Assembly: GCA_027531255.1 (NCBI GenBank)
Contig: JAPZRU010000004.1
Coordinates: forward strand, 44,381 to 108,380
Direction of reading: 5' to 3'
DNA: 64,000 nucleotides
From: Steroidobacteraceae bacterium
Lineage (GTDB): Bacteria > Pseudomonadota > Gammaproteobacteria > Steroidobacterales > Steroidobacteraceae
Shown here: one piece after another, positions 45,573-53,823 of the stretch
Position numbering within the stretch: the first letter of the stretch is position 1
Layout of the letters: every line of letters begins with the position of its first letter
Notes under the pieces: generated by a model
Seen by the model: the letters and a program-made list of their open reading frames with translations, nothing else
Told to the model about the DNA's origin: nothing
Databases searched by the model: none
Program-made: the position numbers and the translations under genes

Positions 45573-45867
45573 CTGGTTGTTGTCCTCTGGTGACGCAGGG
45601 GCGTGACGGTCCTGAGGGAGGCCCCCGGGGACGCACGAGCCGCGTATTTTATGGGAAATGCCGCCCCCCTGCCACGCGGCACTTCGCCGAGCGAATCAGT
45701 CGCTTGACACACCGGCCACGGCATGCATCGATGACGGGGCCGGGATCCGGGCGGGTCGGCCGCCAGCCGCGACCCGCTTCGGCATCGGCTCACCCAGGGG
45801 GTTGGACCGGTTCCGACATGCGGCCGGGCGGCCCGGCCCTCGGCGGCTCATCGGGGCGTTCGGCGCC

Positions 45868-46644
45868 TCACGGCATGTACATGCCGCCGTTGACCGAGAT
45901 CGTCTCCCCGGTGACGTAGGCGCCGGCCGGCGAGGCGAGATAGAGCACCGCGTACGCGACGTCCTCCGGCGAGCCCAGCCGGCCCAGCGGGATCTGCCCG
46001 GCGAGCGCCGTGCGCTGCTCCTCCGCGAGCTGGCGCGTCATGTCGGTGTCGACGAACCCCGGCGCCACCACGTTGCAGGTGACGTTGCGCGAGGCCACCT
46101 CGCGCGCGAGCGACTTGGTGAAGCCGACGATGCCCGCCTTGGCCGCGGCGTAGTTCGACTGGCCCGCGTTGCCCACGAGCCCGACCACCGAGGCCACGCT
46201 CACGATGCGGCCCTCGCGCGCCTTCATCATGCCGCGCAGCACGCCCTTCGACAGGCGGAACACCGACGCGAGGTTGGTGTTCAGCACGGCGTCCCAGTCG
46301 TCCTGCTTCATCCGCAGCAGCAGGCCGTCGCGCGTGATGCCCGCGTTGTTGACGAGGATGCCGATCGCACCTTCCGTACGTTCGACGTCCGCGAGCGCGG
46401 CGTCGCAGCTCGAGGCATCCGCGACGTCGAGCACGAGGCCGCGCCCCTGCACTCCCGCGGCGCGCAGCGTCTCGCCGATCCGCGCCGCGCCCTCCGCGGT
46501 GGTCGCGGTACCGACCACGGTGGCACCGGCGGCGCCGAGCGTCAGCGCGATCGCGCGGCCGATGCCGCGGGACGCGCCGGTGACGAGTGCGACCTTGCCG
46601 TCGAGACGGAAGGCGGCGGGCAGCGGGCTGGAACTGGCGTTCAT
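45868..46644 (-). CDS. fabG: 3-oxoacyl-ACP reductase
   Basis: 258 aa with GKVALVTGASRGIGRAIA, NNAGI, YAAAKAG and ending ...GETISVNGGMYMP. Confidence 0.9.
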   Translation of the reverse strand: MNASSSPLPAAFRLDGKVALVTGASRGIGRAIALTLGAAGATVVGTATTAEGAARIGETLRAAGVQGRGLVLDVADASSCDAALADVERTEGAIGILVNNAGITRDGLLLRMKQDDWDAVLNTNLASVFRLSKGVLRGMMKAREGRIVSVASVVGLVGNAGQSNYAAAKAGIVGFTKSLAREVASRNVTCNVVAPGFVDTDMTRQLAEEQRTALAGQIPLGRLGSPEDVAYAVLYLASPAGAYVTGETISVNGGMYMP

Positions 46645-46654
46645 CGGCGGTTCC

Positions 46655-47575
46655 TCAGGCGAGAGCGGCGGCGAGACCGGCCGGGTCTTCGATCGCGAGC
46701 AGCGTAGGCGACTTGTCGATGCGACGGTTCAGGCCGGTGAGCACCTTGCCGGGCCCGCACTCGACGATGCGCGTGACGCCGCGCGACACCATGTCGCGGA
46801 CCGTGTCGGACCAGCGCACGGGGCCGGACAGCTGCGCGACCAGGTTGGCGCGGATCTGCTCCGGCGTGGCGTGGCGACCGAGGGCGATCGCGTAGACCTC
46901 GATCGAGGGCGTCGCGATCGTCACGCCCGCGAGCTTCTCGCGCAGGCGCTCGCCCGCGCCGCGCATCAGCGAACTGTGCGACGGCACGCTCACGGGCAGC
47001 GCCAGCGCGCGCTTCGCCCCGCGCGCCTTGCAGGCCTCGAGTGCGCGCGCGACCGCCGCGGCGTCCCCCGCGATCACGAGCTGCCCCGGCGAGTTGTAGT
47101 TGACCGGCTCGACGACCTGGCCCTGCGCGGCCTCGCGGCACGCGGCCTCGACCTCGGCGTCCTCGAGGCCGAGCACCGCGGCCATCGCGCCCTGCCCCGG
47201 CGGCATCGCCTCCTGCATCGCGCGGCCGCGGAACTGCACGACGTCCACCGCGTCGCGGAAGGCGAGCGCGCCGCCGCAGACGAGCGCGGTGAACTCGCCG
47301 AGGCTGTGGCCGGCGAGGCAGGCAGGGCGCGGCGCGCCCTTCGCGGTCCAGGCGCGCCACACCGCGACGCCTGCCGCGAGCATCGCGGGCTGGGTGCGCT
47401 CGGTCGCGTTCAGCTCGGACTCGGGACCTTCCTGGCAGAGCCGCCAGAGGTCGTAGCCGAGCACCTCGCTCGCTTCGGCGAAGGTCTCGGTCACCACCGG
47501 CTCGGCGGCCGCGAGCTCGCGCAGCATGCCGACCGACTGCGACCCCTGACCAGGAAACACGACTGCCAGCGACAT
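46655..47575 (-). CDS. fabD: malonyl-CoA:ACP transacylase
   Basis: 306 aa starting MSLAVVFPGQGSQSVGML, with active site GHSLGEF. Confidence 0.95.
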   Translation of the reverse strand: MSLAVVFPGQGSQSVGMLRELAAAEPVVTETFAEASEVLGYDLWRLCQEGPESELNATERTQPAMLAAGVAVWRAWTAKGAPRPACLAGHSLGEFTALVCGGALAFRDAVDVVQFRGRAMQEAMPPGQGAMAAVLGLEDAEVEAACREAAQGQVVEPVNYNSPGQLVIAGDAAAVARALEACKARGAKRALALPVSVPSHSSLMRGAGERLREKLAGVTIATPSIEVYAIALGRHATPEQIRANLVAQLSGPVRWSDTVRDMVSRGVTRIVECGPGKVLTGLNRRIDKSPTLLAIEDPAGLAAALA

Positions 47576-47605
47576 GCGGACCCCGCGGCGGAAAAAGGCG
47601 GCGGA

Positions 47606-48202
47606 TTATAGCGGGCGCCGACCGAGACGCAGCGCCAGCGCGCAGGCCAGCCCGCCGAGCGCGCCGTACAGGTGCGCGTCGACGATCACCGGGAGCCCGC
47701 CGTCCGCCGCGCCGAGCGGGCCCGCCACCCGCTCCCACGCGAGCTTCGCGCCCAGCAGCGCGAGCGTGACGGCCGACTCCAGCGGCCAGCGCGCACGGGC
47801 CGCGACGCCGGCGGCGGCCCAGGCGCCGTGCAGCAAGCCGGAGGCGCCCACGTACCACGCGAGCTCCGGCGCGCCGTACCAGAGCCCCCCGGTGACGGCG
47901 AGCGCGGCCGCGAGGGCGACGAGCGCCCAGTCGCGCAGGCGTGCGTCGCCCGCGTAAAGCCACCAGAGCAGCACGAGTCCGGCGAGATTGAGCACGAAGT
48001 GGCGCAGGTCGTGGTGGACGAGGTGCGCGCCGAGCGCACGCCACCACTCGCCGTCCGCGAGTGCAGCCCGTTCGTAGCGCAGTCGCTGGACGACGACAGG
48101 GCCGGCCGCGTGCAGCGCGGCCAGCACCGCGACGACCGCGGCGAGTCCGGCCGGCCGCGGCGGCAGCCGGCGCACGGCGCCCCGCTCCGCGCGGTCGCTC
48201 AC
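47606..48202 (-). CDS. rrtA: rhombosortase (rhomboid-family intramembrane serine protease, short form)
   Basis: 198 aa and about 6 TM segments. Contains GEWWRALGAHLVHHDLRHFVLNLAG, catalytic GASGLLHG and a late AHLYGALGG. Size and motifs fit rhombosortase better than GlpG. Confidence 0.6.
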   Translation of the reverse strand: MSDRAERGAVRRLPPRPAGLAAVVAVLAALHAAGPVVVQRLRYERAALADGEWWRALGAHLVHHDLRHFVLNLAGLVLLWWLYAGDARLRDWALVALAAALAVTGGLWYGAPELAWYVGASGLLHGAWAAAGVAARARWPLESAVTLALLGAKLAWERVAGPLGAADGGLPVIVDAHLYGALGGLACALALRLGRRPL

Positions 48203-48279
48203 GCCGTCGGGCCCGGTGGGCGGCGGATCCCATCTGCTATGATTCGCAGCGTGTTTCGCACGGTTCCGGAGTCTAGCGC

Positions 48280-48741
48280 ATGCTGCTTGCCGCCTCGGGC
48301 GCCGCCCGCCCGCCCCGCGCCGCGCGCGGCTTCACGCTGATCGAGATCATGGTCGTGGTCGTGATCCTCGCGATCCTCGGCACGCTCGTCGCGCCGCAGA
48401 TCCTGGGCCGCATCGACGAGGCGCGCGTCACGAAGGCGAAGAACGACCTGCGGCTGTACGAGAGCGCGCTCGACATGTACCGCATGGACAATTTCCGGTA
48501 CCCGACCACCGACCAGGGACTGCAGGCGCTCGTGCGTCGCCCGAGCGACCCCAACGTGCGCAACTGGCGCCCCGAGGGCTACGTCAAGCAGCTCGTGCAG
48601 GATCCCTGGGACCGCGACTACGTCTACGTCGCGCCGGGCACGAACGGCGCGCCCTACGACCTCTACACCCTCGGTGCCGACGGGCAGCCGGGCGGCGAAG
48701 GCACCGATGCCGACATCCACGTCCGGGAGATGACGCAATAG
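48280..48741 (+). CDS. gspG: type II secretion major pseudopilin GspG
   Basis: 153 aa with the prepilin leader ...ARG/FTLIEIMVVVVILAILG and the GspG core (ARVTKAKNDL..., DPWDRDYVY, YTLGADGQPGGEGTDADI). Confidence 0.95.
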   Translation: MLLAASGAARPPRAARGFTLIEIMVVVVILAILGTLVAPQILGRIDEARVTKAKNDLRLYESALDMYRMDNFRYPTTDQGLQALVRRPSDPNVRNWRPEGYVKQLVQDPWDRDYVYVAPGTNGAPYDLYTLGADGQPGGEGTDADIHVREMTQ

Positions 48742-48746
48742 CGCTC

Positions 48747-49298
48747 GTGCGCTCCGGGCCGTCGCAGCGCGTCGCCCGCGGCCCGCGGGCGCGCGGGTTC
48801 ACGCTGCTCGAGATCCTGGTCGTAATGGTGATCGTCGCGGTGCTCACGACGGTCGGCATGATCTCGGTGGGCACGCTCGGCGCGGATCGCGGCCTCGACG
48901 ACGAGGTCGAGCGCTACTCGGACGTCGTGGCCGCGGCGGTCGAGCAGGCCCAGCTCGAGGGCCGCGACTTCGGCGTGCACTTCGCCCCCGACGGCTACCG
49001 CGTACTCGCCTACGCCGCGGACCGCGACCGCTGGGAAGCGCTGGCCGACGATCGGCTGTACGAGTTCCACCGCTGGCCCGAGGGCGTGCGCGCCGCGCTG
49101 TCGCTCGAGGGCCGGATCGTGCCGCCGGAGCCGCCGCGCGACGCCGCGCCCCTCGTGCCGCAGGTGCTGCTGTTCTCGAGCGGCGACGTCTCGCCCTACG
49201 TCGTGACGCTGGTGCGCGAGGGCTCGGACGCGCGCTTCGTCGTCGAAGGCCTGCCAGACGGCACCCTGGAGGTCCAGCGTCCGGGAGACTCCCCGTGA
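48747..49298 (+). CDS. gspH: type II secretion minor pseudopilin GspH
   Basis: 183 aa with a GTG start, RG/FTLLEILVVMVIVAVL and the expected position after gspG. Confidence 0.8.
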   Translation: MRSGPSQRVARGPRARGFTLLEILVVMVIVAVLTTVGMISVGTLGADRGLDDEVERYSDVVAAAVEQAQLEGRDFGVHFAPDGYRVLAYAADRDRWEALADDRLYEFHRWPEGVRAALSLEGRIVPPEPPRDAAPLVPQVLLFSSGDVSPYVVTLVREGSDARFVVEGLPDGTLEVQRPGDSP

Positions 49299-49726
49299 AC
49301 CGCCCGCGCGGCTTCACGCTGATCGAAGTGCTGGTGGCGCTCGCGGTCGCGGCGATCGGCCTCGCGGGCGTGCTCGCCGTGGTCTCGAACGCGTCGAGCA
49401 ACGCCGCGAGCCTGCGCGACCGCACGTTCGCGGGCTGGGTCGCCGCCAATCGCCTGACGGAACTGCGGCTCGCGCAGACGATGCCGTCGGTCGACCGCAC
49501 CACGGGCGACGCCGAGCTCGCGAACCTGCGCTGGGAATGGGAAACCACGGTCATCCAGACGCAGGTGCCCGGCATCCGGCGCGTGGACGTGCGCGTACGC
49601 CTCGCGGACGGACCCGACGACGCGTGGCTGGCGACGCTCAGCGGCTTCGTCGGTCGCACGCAGGTTTCGGCTCCCGGCGCACCGCTCGCGTGGGACCCGG
49701 AAACGCCGCCGGCGCCCGAGCCGTGA
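49295..49726 (+). CDS. gspI: type II secretion minor pseudopilin GspI
   Basis: 143 aa starting MNRPRG/FTLIEVLVALAV. Overlaps gspH by 4 nt. Confidence 0.8.
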   Translation: MNRPRGFTLIEVLVALAVAAIGLAGVLAVVSNASSNAASLRDRTFAGWVAANRLTELRLAQTMPSVDRTTGDAELANLRWEWETTVIQTQVPGIRRVDVRVRLADGPDDAWLATLSGFVGRTQVSAPGAPLAWDPETPPAPEP

Positions 49727-50379
49727 ACAGGTTGGTGTCGCAGTCCGCACGCGGAACCGCCGCCCGGCGTTCGCACGGCTTCACGCTGATCGAACTGCTG
49801 GTGTCCGTGTTCATCCTCGGCGTGCTGAGCGCCCTGTGCTACGGCACGCTGAGCTACGTCACGAAGGTCCGCGACGCCGCGGCCCAGTCGTTCGAGCGGC
49901 AGCGCCGGCTGCAGCTCGCGGTGCACCAGCTGGTCGTCGACTTCCAGCAGCTGGACCCGCGCCCCGTGCGCGAGCCGCTCGGCGACGCCTCGCAGCCGGC
50001 GCTGCGCTCCGACCGCCGCACGCAGGAACTCGTCGCGCTGACGCGCGCGGGGTGGCCGAATCCGGCCGCGCTCCCGCGCGGCACGCTGCAGCGCGTGACC
50101 TACACGCTCGAGAACGGCTCGCTGTTCCGCTCGCACGCGAACGTGCTCGACACCACGCTCGCCAACCCGCCGGTGCGCCGCGAGCTGCTGACCGACGTGG
50201 TCGCGGTGCAGCTGCGCTTCATGGATTTCGGCCGCACGTGGCACGACCAGTGGCCGCCGCTGGTCGCGAGTGGCGCGACCAACGCGGTGCCGCTGCGCAC
50301 TCGGCCCGTGGCGGTCGAGATCACGCTGGAGCTGCGGGACGCCGGACGGATCGTGCGGCTGGTCGAGGTGCCGGGATGA
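49723..50379 (+). CDS. gspJ: type II secretion minor pseudopilin GspJ
   Basis: In ORF 49537..50379 the start is GTG 49723 (GTGA overlap with the gspI stop). Contains HG/FTLIELLVSVFILGVL and RVTYTLENGSLFR. Confidence 0.8.
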   Translation: MNRLVSQSARGTAARRSHGFTLIELLVSVFILGVLSALCYGTLSYVTKVRDAAAQSFERQRRLQLAVHQLVVDFQQLDPRPVREPLGDASQPALRSDRRTQELVALTRAGWPNPAALPRGTLQRVTYTLENGSLFRSHANVLDTTLANPPVRRELLTDVVAVQLRFMDFGRTWHDQWPPLVASGATNAVPLRTRPVAVEITLELRDAGRIVRLVEVPG

Positions 50380-51317
50380 GACGCGCGCGCGGCGTCGCGC
50401 TGATCGTCGCGCTCGTGGTGGTCGCGCTCGCGACCGTGCTCGCGACCCGCATCGGCTCGGACGGCGCCCGCGACCAGCGGCGCGCCGCGACGCTGGCCGC
50501 GCAGCAGCAGGCCTTCCAGATCGCGCTCGGCGCCGAGGCATGGGCGGCCGAGATCCTGCGCGAGGACGCCGAGCGGAACCGCCGCGACTCCCTCGACGAG
50601 GTCTGGGCGACCCCGTTGCCGCCGCTGCCGATCGAGGGCGGCAGCGTGACCGGACGGCTCGAGGACCTGCAGGGCCGGTTCAACCTGAACAACCTCGTCA
50701 AGCCCGACGGCACGAAGAACCCGGTCACGTTCGCACAGTTCACGCGGCTGCTGCTCGCACTGCAGCTCGAGCCGAAGTGGGCTTCGCTCGTGCTCGACTG
50801 GATCGACCCGGACACCGTCGCGGACGGCGTCGACGGCGCCGAAGATGGCGTCTACGCGGGCCAGAATCCACCCTACCGCGCGGCGAACCGGGCCATCACG
50901 AACACCAGCGAGCTGCTGGCGCTGCCGGGCTTCGGGTTGGAGCGCTATCGTCGACTGCAGCCGTTCGTCGCGGCGCTGCCCGCGGGAACCGCGCTCAACG
51001 TCTGCACGGCGCCGGGGCCGGTGCTGGATTCCCTCGCCGACAACTTCACGGTGTTCGGCCAGGACGCGAAGCAGCTCGCCGCGAACCGCGAGCGCGGTTG
51101 CTTCCCGATGGTGGCCGACGTCGAGGCCGGGCTGCAGTCGGTGCTCTCCGCCGAGGAACTCCAGGCACTCCGCGGCACGCTCGGGGAGCAGTCCAGCTGG
51201 TTCCGCGCAACGACGCGAGTCAGTATTGGCAGTACCCAACTCACCCTGTACAGTCTGCTGCAGCGCAATCCCGGCGGTTACTCGCGCGCCGTGCTGCGCA
51301 GCCTCGGTACCGAATGA
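50376..51317 (+). CDS. gspK: type II secretion minor pseudopilin GspK
   Basis: In ORF 49836..51317 the start is ATG 50376 (ATGA overlap). Starts MRRARGVALIVALVVVAL, with RFNLNNL and SELLALPG. Confidence 0.85.
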   Translation: MRRARGVALIVALVVVALATVLATRIGSDGARDQRRAATLAAQQQAFQIALGAEAWAAEILREDAERNRRDSLDEVWATPLPPLPIEGGSVTGRLEDLQGRFNLNNLVKPDGTKNPVTFAQFTRLLLALQLEPKWASLVLDWIDPDTVADGVDGAEDGVYAGQNPPYRAANRAITNTSELLALPGFGLERYRRLQPFVAALPAGTALNVCTAPGPVLDSLADNFTVFGQDAKQLAANRERGCFPMVADVEAGLQSVLSAEELQALRGTLGEQSSWFRATTRVSIGSTQLTLYSLLQRNPGGYSRAVLRSLGTE

Positions 51318-51323
51318 CCTCCC

Positions 51324-52583
51324 ATGGCTGAAACCTTCGTGGTGCGCCTCGTCGCACCGGACTCGGCCGAATGGCTCGTCGTCGACGCGGCCGGCGCGAA
51401 GCTCACGAACGTCTCCACCGGGACCTTCGCGGACGCTGCCGTCGCGGCCGGCACGCGCCGCGTCGTCGCGCTCGCACCCGCGACCGACGTCCTGCTCGCG
51501 CGGCCCGAAGTCCCGGCGCGCAGCGCGCAGAAGCTGCGGCAGCTGGTCCCGTTCGCGCTGGAGGAAAGTCTCGCCGCCGACGTGGAGTCCCTCCACTTCG
51601 CGGTCGGGCGCCCCGATGCCGACCGCCGCGTCCCGGTCGCCGCGGTCGATCGCGCGCGCCTCGCGGACTGGCTCTCGACCCTGCGTTCTGCTGGCCTGGC
51701 GCCGAGCGCCCTGTACGCCGAGACCCAGGTCGTGCCGGCCAACCCCGGCCATACCGTCGTACTCCTCGAGGCCGGCCGCGTGCTGGCACGCGCTCCAGGC
51801 GAAGAGCGCCTGCCCGCGGCGCTCGAGGCCGAACCGCTCGTCGACGCTCTCGCAGTGCTCGGGCTGCCGCCTGCGAGCGGCGGCGCCGAGGCCGCGCCGG
51901 AGTCCGCACCGCACGTGATCGTCTACGCCGCGCCGTCGGACTGGGAACGCTACCGCGACGCCGTCGAGGCGCTGCGGCCGGCACTCGGCAGCCTGAAGGT
52001 GCAGCTGCTGCCCGAGGGTACGTTGCCGCTGCTCGCGGCGACGACCGTGGTGGCGCCGCCGTTCTCGCTGCTGCAGGGCGAGTTCGCGGTGCGCCAGGGC
52101 TTCTCGGCCGACTGGCCGCGCTGGCGCGTCGCCGCCGGCCTCGCCGGTGCGTTGCTGGCACTGCACCTCGCGACGCTCGGCGTCGACTGGTGGCGCGTGC
52201 GCGCCGCCGAGCGCGCGGCCGATGCCGAACTGGTCGCGCTGGCCGCGCAGGCGCTGCCGAACGTCGGCGACCCCGCCCGCCTGCCGAGCGTGCGCGCCGC
52301 CGTGGACGCACGCCTGCGGGCCGCGCGGGCGAGCGTGAGCGGCGGGCTCGTCGGTTCGCTCGGCGTGCTCGCCAGTGCGGCTCAACAGGCACCGGGCACC
52401 TCGGTCGAGTCCCTGAGCTATCGGGACGGCGTCACCGACCTGACGCTCGATGCGCCGGACGTCAACGCGATCGACCGCATCCAGCAACTGGTCGCGGCGA
52501 ACGGTTACCAGGCCGAGATGCAGGGCGCGGAGCAGCGCGAGCAGCGCTACCGCGGCCGACTGCAGGTGCGGGGTGGCACGTGA
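51324..52583 (+). CDS. gspL: type II secretion protein GspL
   Basis: 419 aa with a cytoplasmic actin-like domain (…LVPFALEESLAADVESLHF…), a single TM segment and a periplasmic tail. Position fits the operon. Confidence 0.8.
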   Translation: MAETFVVRLVAPDSAEWLVVDAAGAKLTNVSTGTFADAAVAAGTRRVVALAPATDVLLARPEVPARSAQKLRQLVPFALEESLAADVESLHFAVGRPDADRRVPVAAVDRARLADWLSTLRSAGLAPSALYAETQVVPANPGHTVVLLEAGRVLARAPGEERLPAALEAEPLVDALAVLGLPPASGGAEAAPESAPHVIVYAAPSDWERYRDAVEALRPALGSLKVQLLPEGTLPLLAATTVVAPPFSLLQGEFAVRQGFSADWPRWRVAAGLAGALLALHLATLGVDWWRVRAAERAADAELVALAAQALPNVGDPARLPSVRAAVDARLRAARASVSGGLVGSLGVLASAAQQAPGTSVESLSYRDGVTDLTLDAPDVNAIDRIQQLVAANGYQAEMQGAEQREQRYRGRLQVRGGT

Positions 52584-53077
52584 GCGCGACCTCGATCCCC
52601 GCCCTCGATCGCGCGCGCGCCTGGTACGCCGGCCTCGCGCCCCGCGAGCAGCGCACGGTGCTGTGGGGCGCCGTCGGCGGCGGCGCGCTCGTCCTGCTGC
52701 TGCTCCTGCTGCAGTTCCGCGCGGCAGTGGACCGCGCGGAAAGACGCGTCGAGCAGAAGCTTGCGGACGCCGCCTACGTGCGCAGCGTCCTGCCGGAACT
52801 CCAGTCCGTGCCGGTGCCGCAGGGCGGCGGCACGTCCCTCGTCATCGTGGTGGATCGCACGACGCGCGACAGCGGCCTCGCGATGCACCTGCGCGGCAGC
52901 GAGCCCGCCGGCCAGGCCGCCCTGCGCGTACGCTTCGAGGGCGCACCGTTCGACGCGACGGTCGCCTGGCTTCTGCGCGTACAGCGCGAGTACGGGCTCG
53001 TGGTGCAGCAGGCCTCGTTCGAGCGCACCGCCACGCCCGGCGTCGTGAACGCCGTCGTCACGCTCAACCGCACCTGA
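52580..53077 (+). CDS. gspM: type II secretion protein GspM
   Basis: About 165 aa with a GTG start at 52580 overlapping the gspL stop. Contains WYAGLAPREQ and a TM segment (ALVLLLLLLQF). Position fits the operon. Confidence 0.75.
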   Translation: MSATSIPALDRARAWYAGLAPREQRTVLWGAVGGGALVLLLLLLQFRAAVDRAERRVEQKLADAAYVRSVLPELQSVPVPQGGGTSLVIVVDRTTRDSGLAMHLRGSEPAGQAALRVRFEGAPFDATVAWLLRVQREYGLVVQQASFERTATPGVVNAVVTLNRT

Positions 53078-53820
53078 TGCGCCAGGGCGTTCTCCTCGCG
53101 CTGGTCGGCGGCGCAGTCTTCGTCGCCGTGGGCATCGCCACGCTGCCCGCGAGCCTGATCCCGTCCCGACTGCCGCCGGACGTCGCGCTCGAGGGCGTCG
53201 GCGGCTCCGTGTGGAACGGGTCGGCCTCGCAGTTCCGGCTGCGCGGCGCGCCGCTCGGCGCGCTGACGTGGACCCTCCGCCCCGCGGAACTCCTGCGTGG
53301 CCGCCTCGCCTTCCGGGTGAATCTGCAGCGCCCGGACGGCTACGTGCGCGGCGTGGTCGCGACCGGTCTCGGCGGTGGCGCGATCTCGGCGCGTGACGTG
53401 GAACTGCGCCTTCCGCTTACGGCGCTGAGCCCGCAGACGGCCGCCACCGCGTGGCGTGGCGACCTCGCCGGCAGCGTGCCGAACGCCCGGCTCGAGACCG
53501 GGTGGCCCGTCGAGGCCAGCGGGACGTTCACGATGTCGAACCTGCAGCCGCCCGGCGCCGCGCTGCGCGTGGGGAACTACTCGCTCGAGGTGGATCCGGA
53601 GGCGACCACGGCGGACCAGATCGTCGGGCGCGTGCGCGACCTCGACGCGCCGCTCGTGGTCCGTGCGCAACTCGTGGTGCGCCGTGACCGTACCTACCTG
53701 CTCGAAGGCGACGTCACGCCGCGGCCCGGTGCGCCGCCGCAGGTGGCGGAGACCGTCGCGTTCCTCGGGCTCCCGGACGCGCAGGGCCGGCGGCAGTTCA
53801 CGATCACGGGCTCCTTCTAG
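53077..53820 (+). CDS. gspN: type II secretion protein GspN
   Basis: 247 aa with ATG 53077 overlapping the gspM TGA. N-terminal TM segment, G.VWNGSA motif and a C-terminal ...FTITGSF. Confidence 0.7.
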   Translation: MRQGVLLALVGGAVFVAVGIATLPASLIPSRLPPDVALEGVGGSVWNGSASQFRLRGAPLGALTWTLRPAELLRGRLAFRVNLQRPDGYVRGVVATGLGGGAISARDVELRLPLTALSPQTAATAWRGDLAGSVPNARLETGWPVEASGTFTMSNLQPPGAALRVGNYSLEVDPEATTADQIVGRVRDLDAPLVVRAQLVVRRDRTYLLEGDVTPRPGAPPQVAETVAFLGLPDAQGRRQFTITGSF

Positions 53821-53823
53821 CTC

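Noticed and set aside
45573-45867. The 295-bp acpP-fabG spacer as a candidate ncRNA or mobile-element scar.
   Set aside because: A long spacer with its own promoter upstream of acpP is normal for fab clusters. I found no repeats or notable structure in it.
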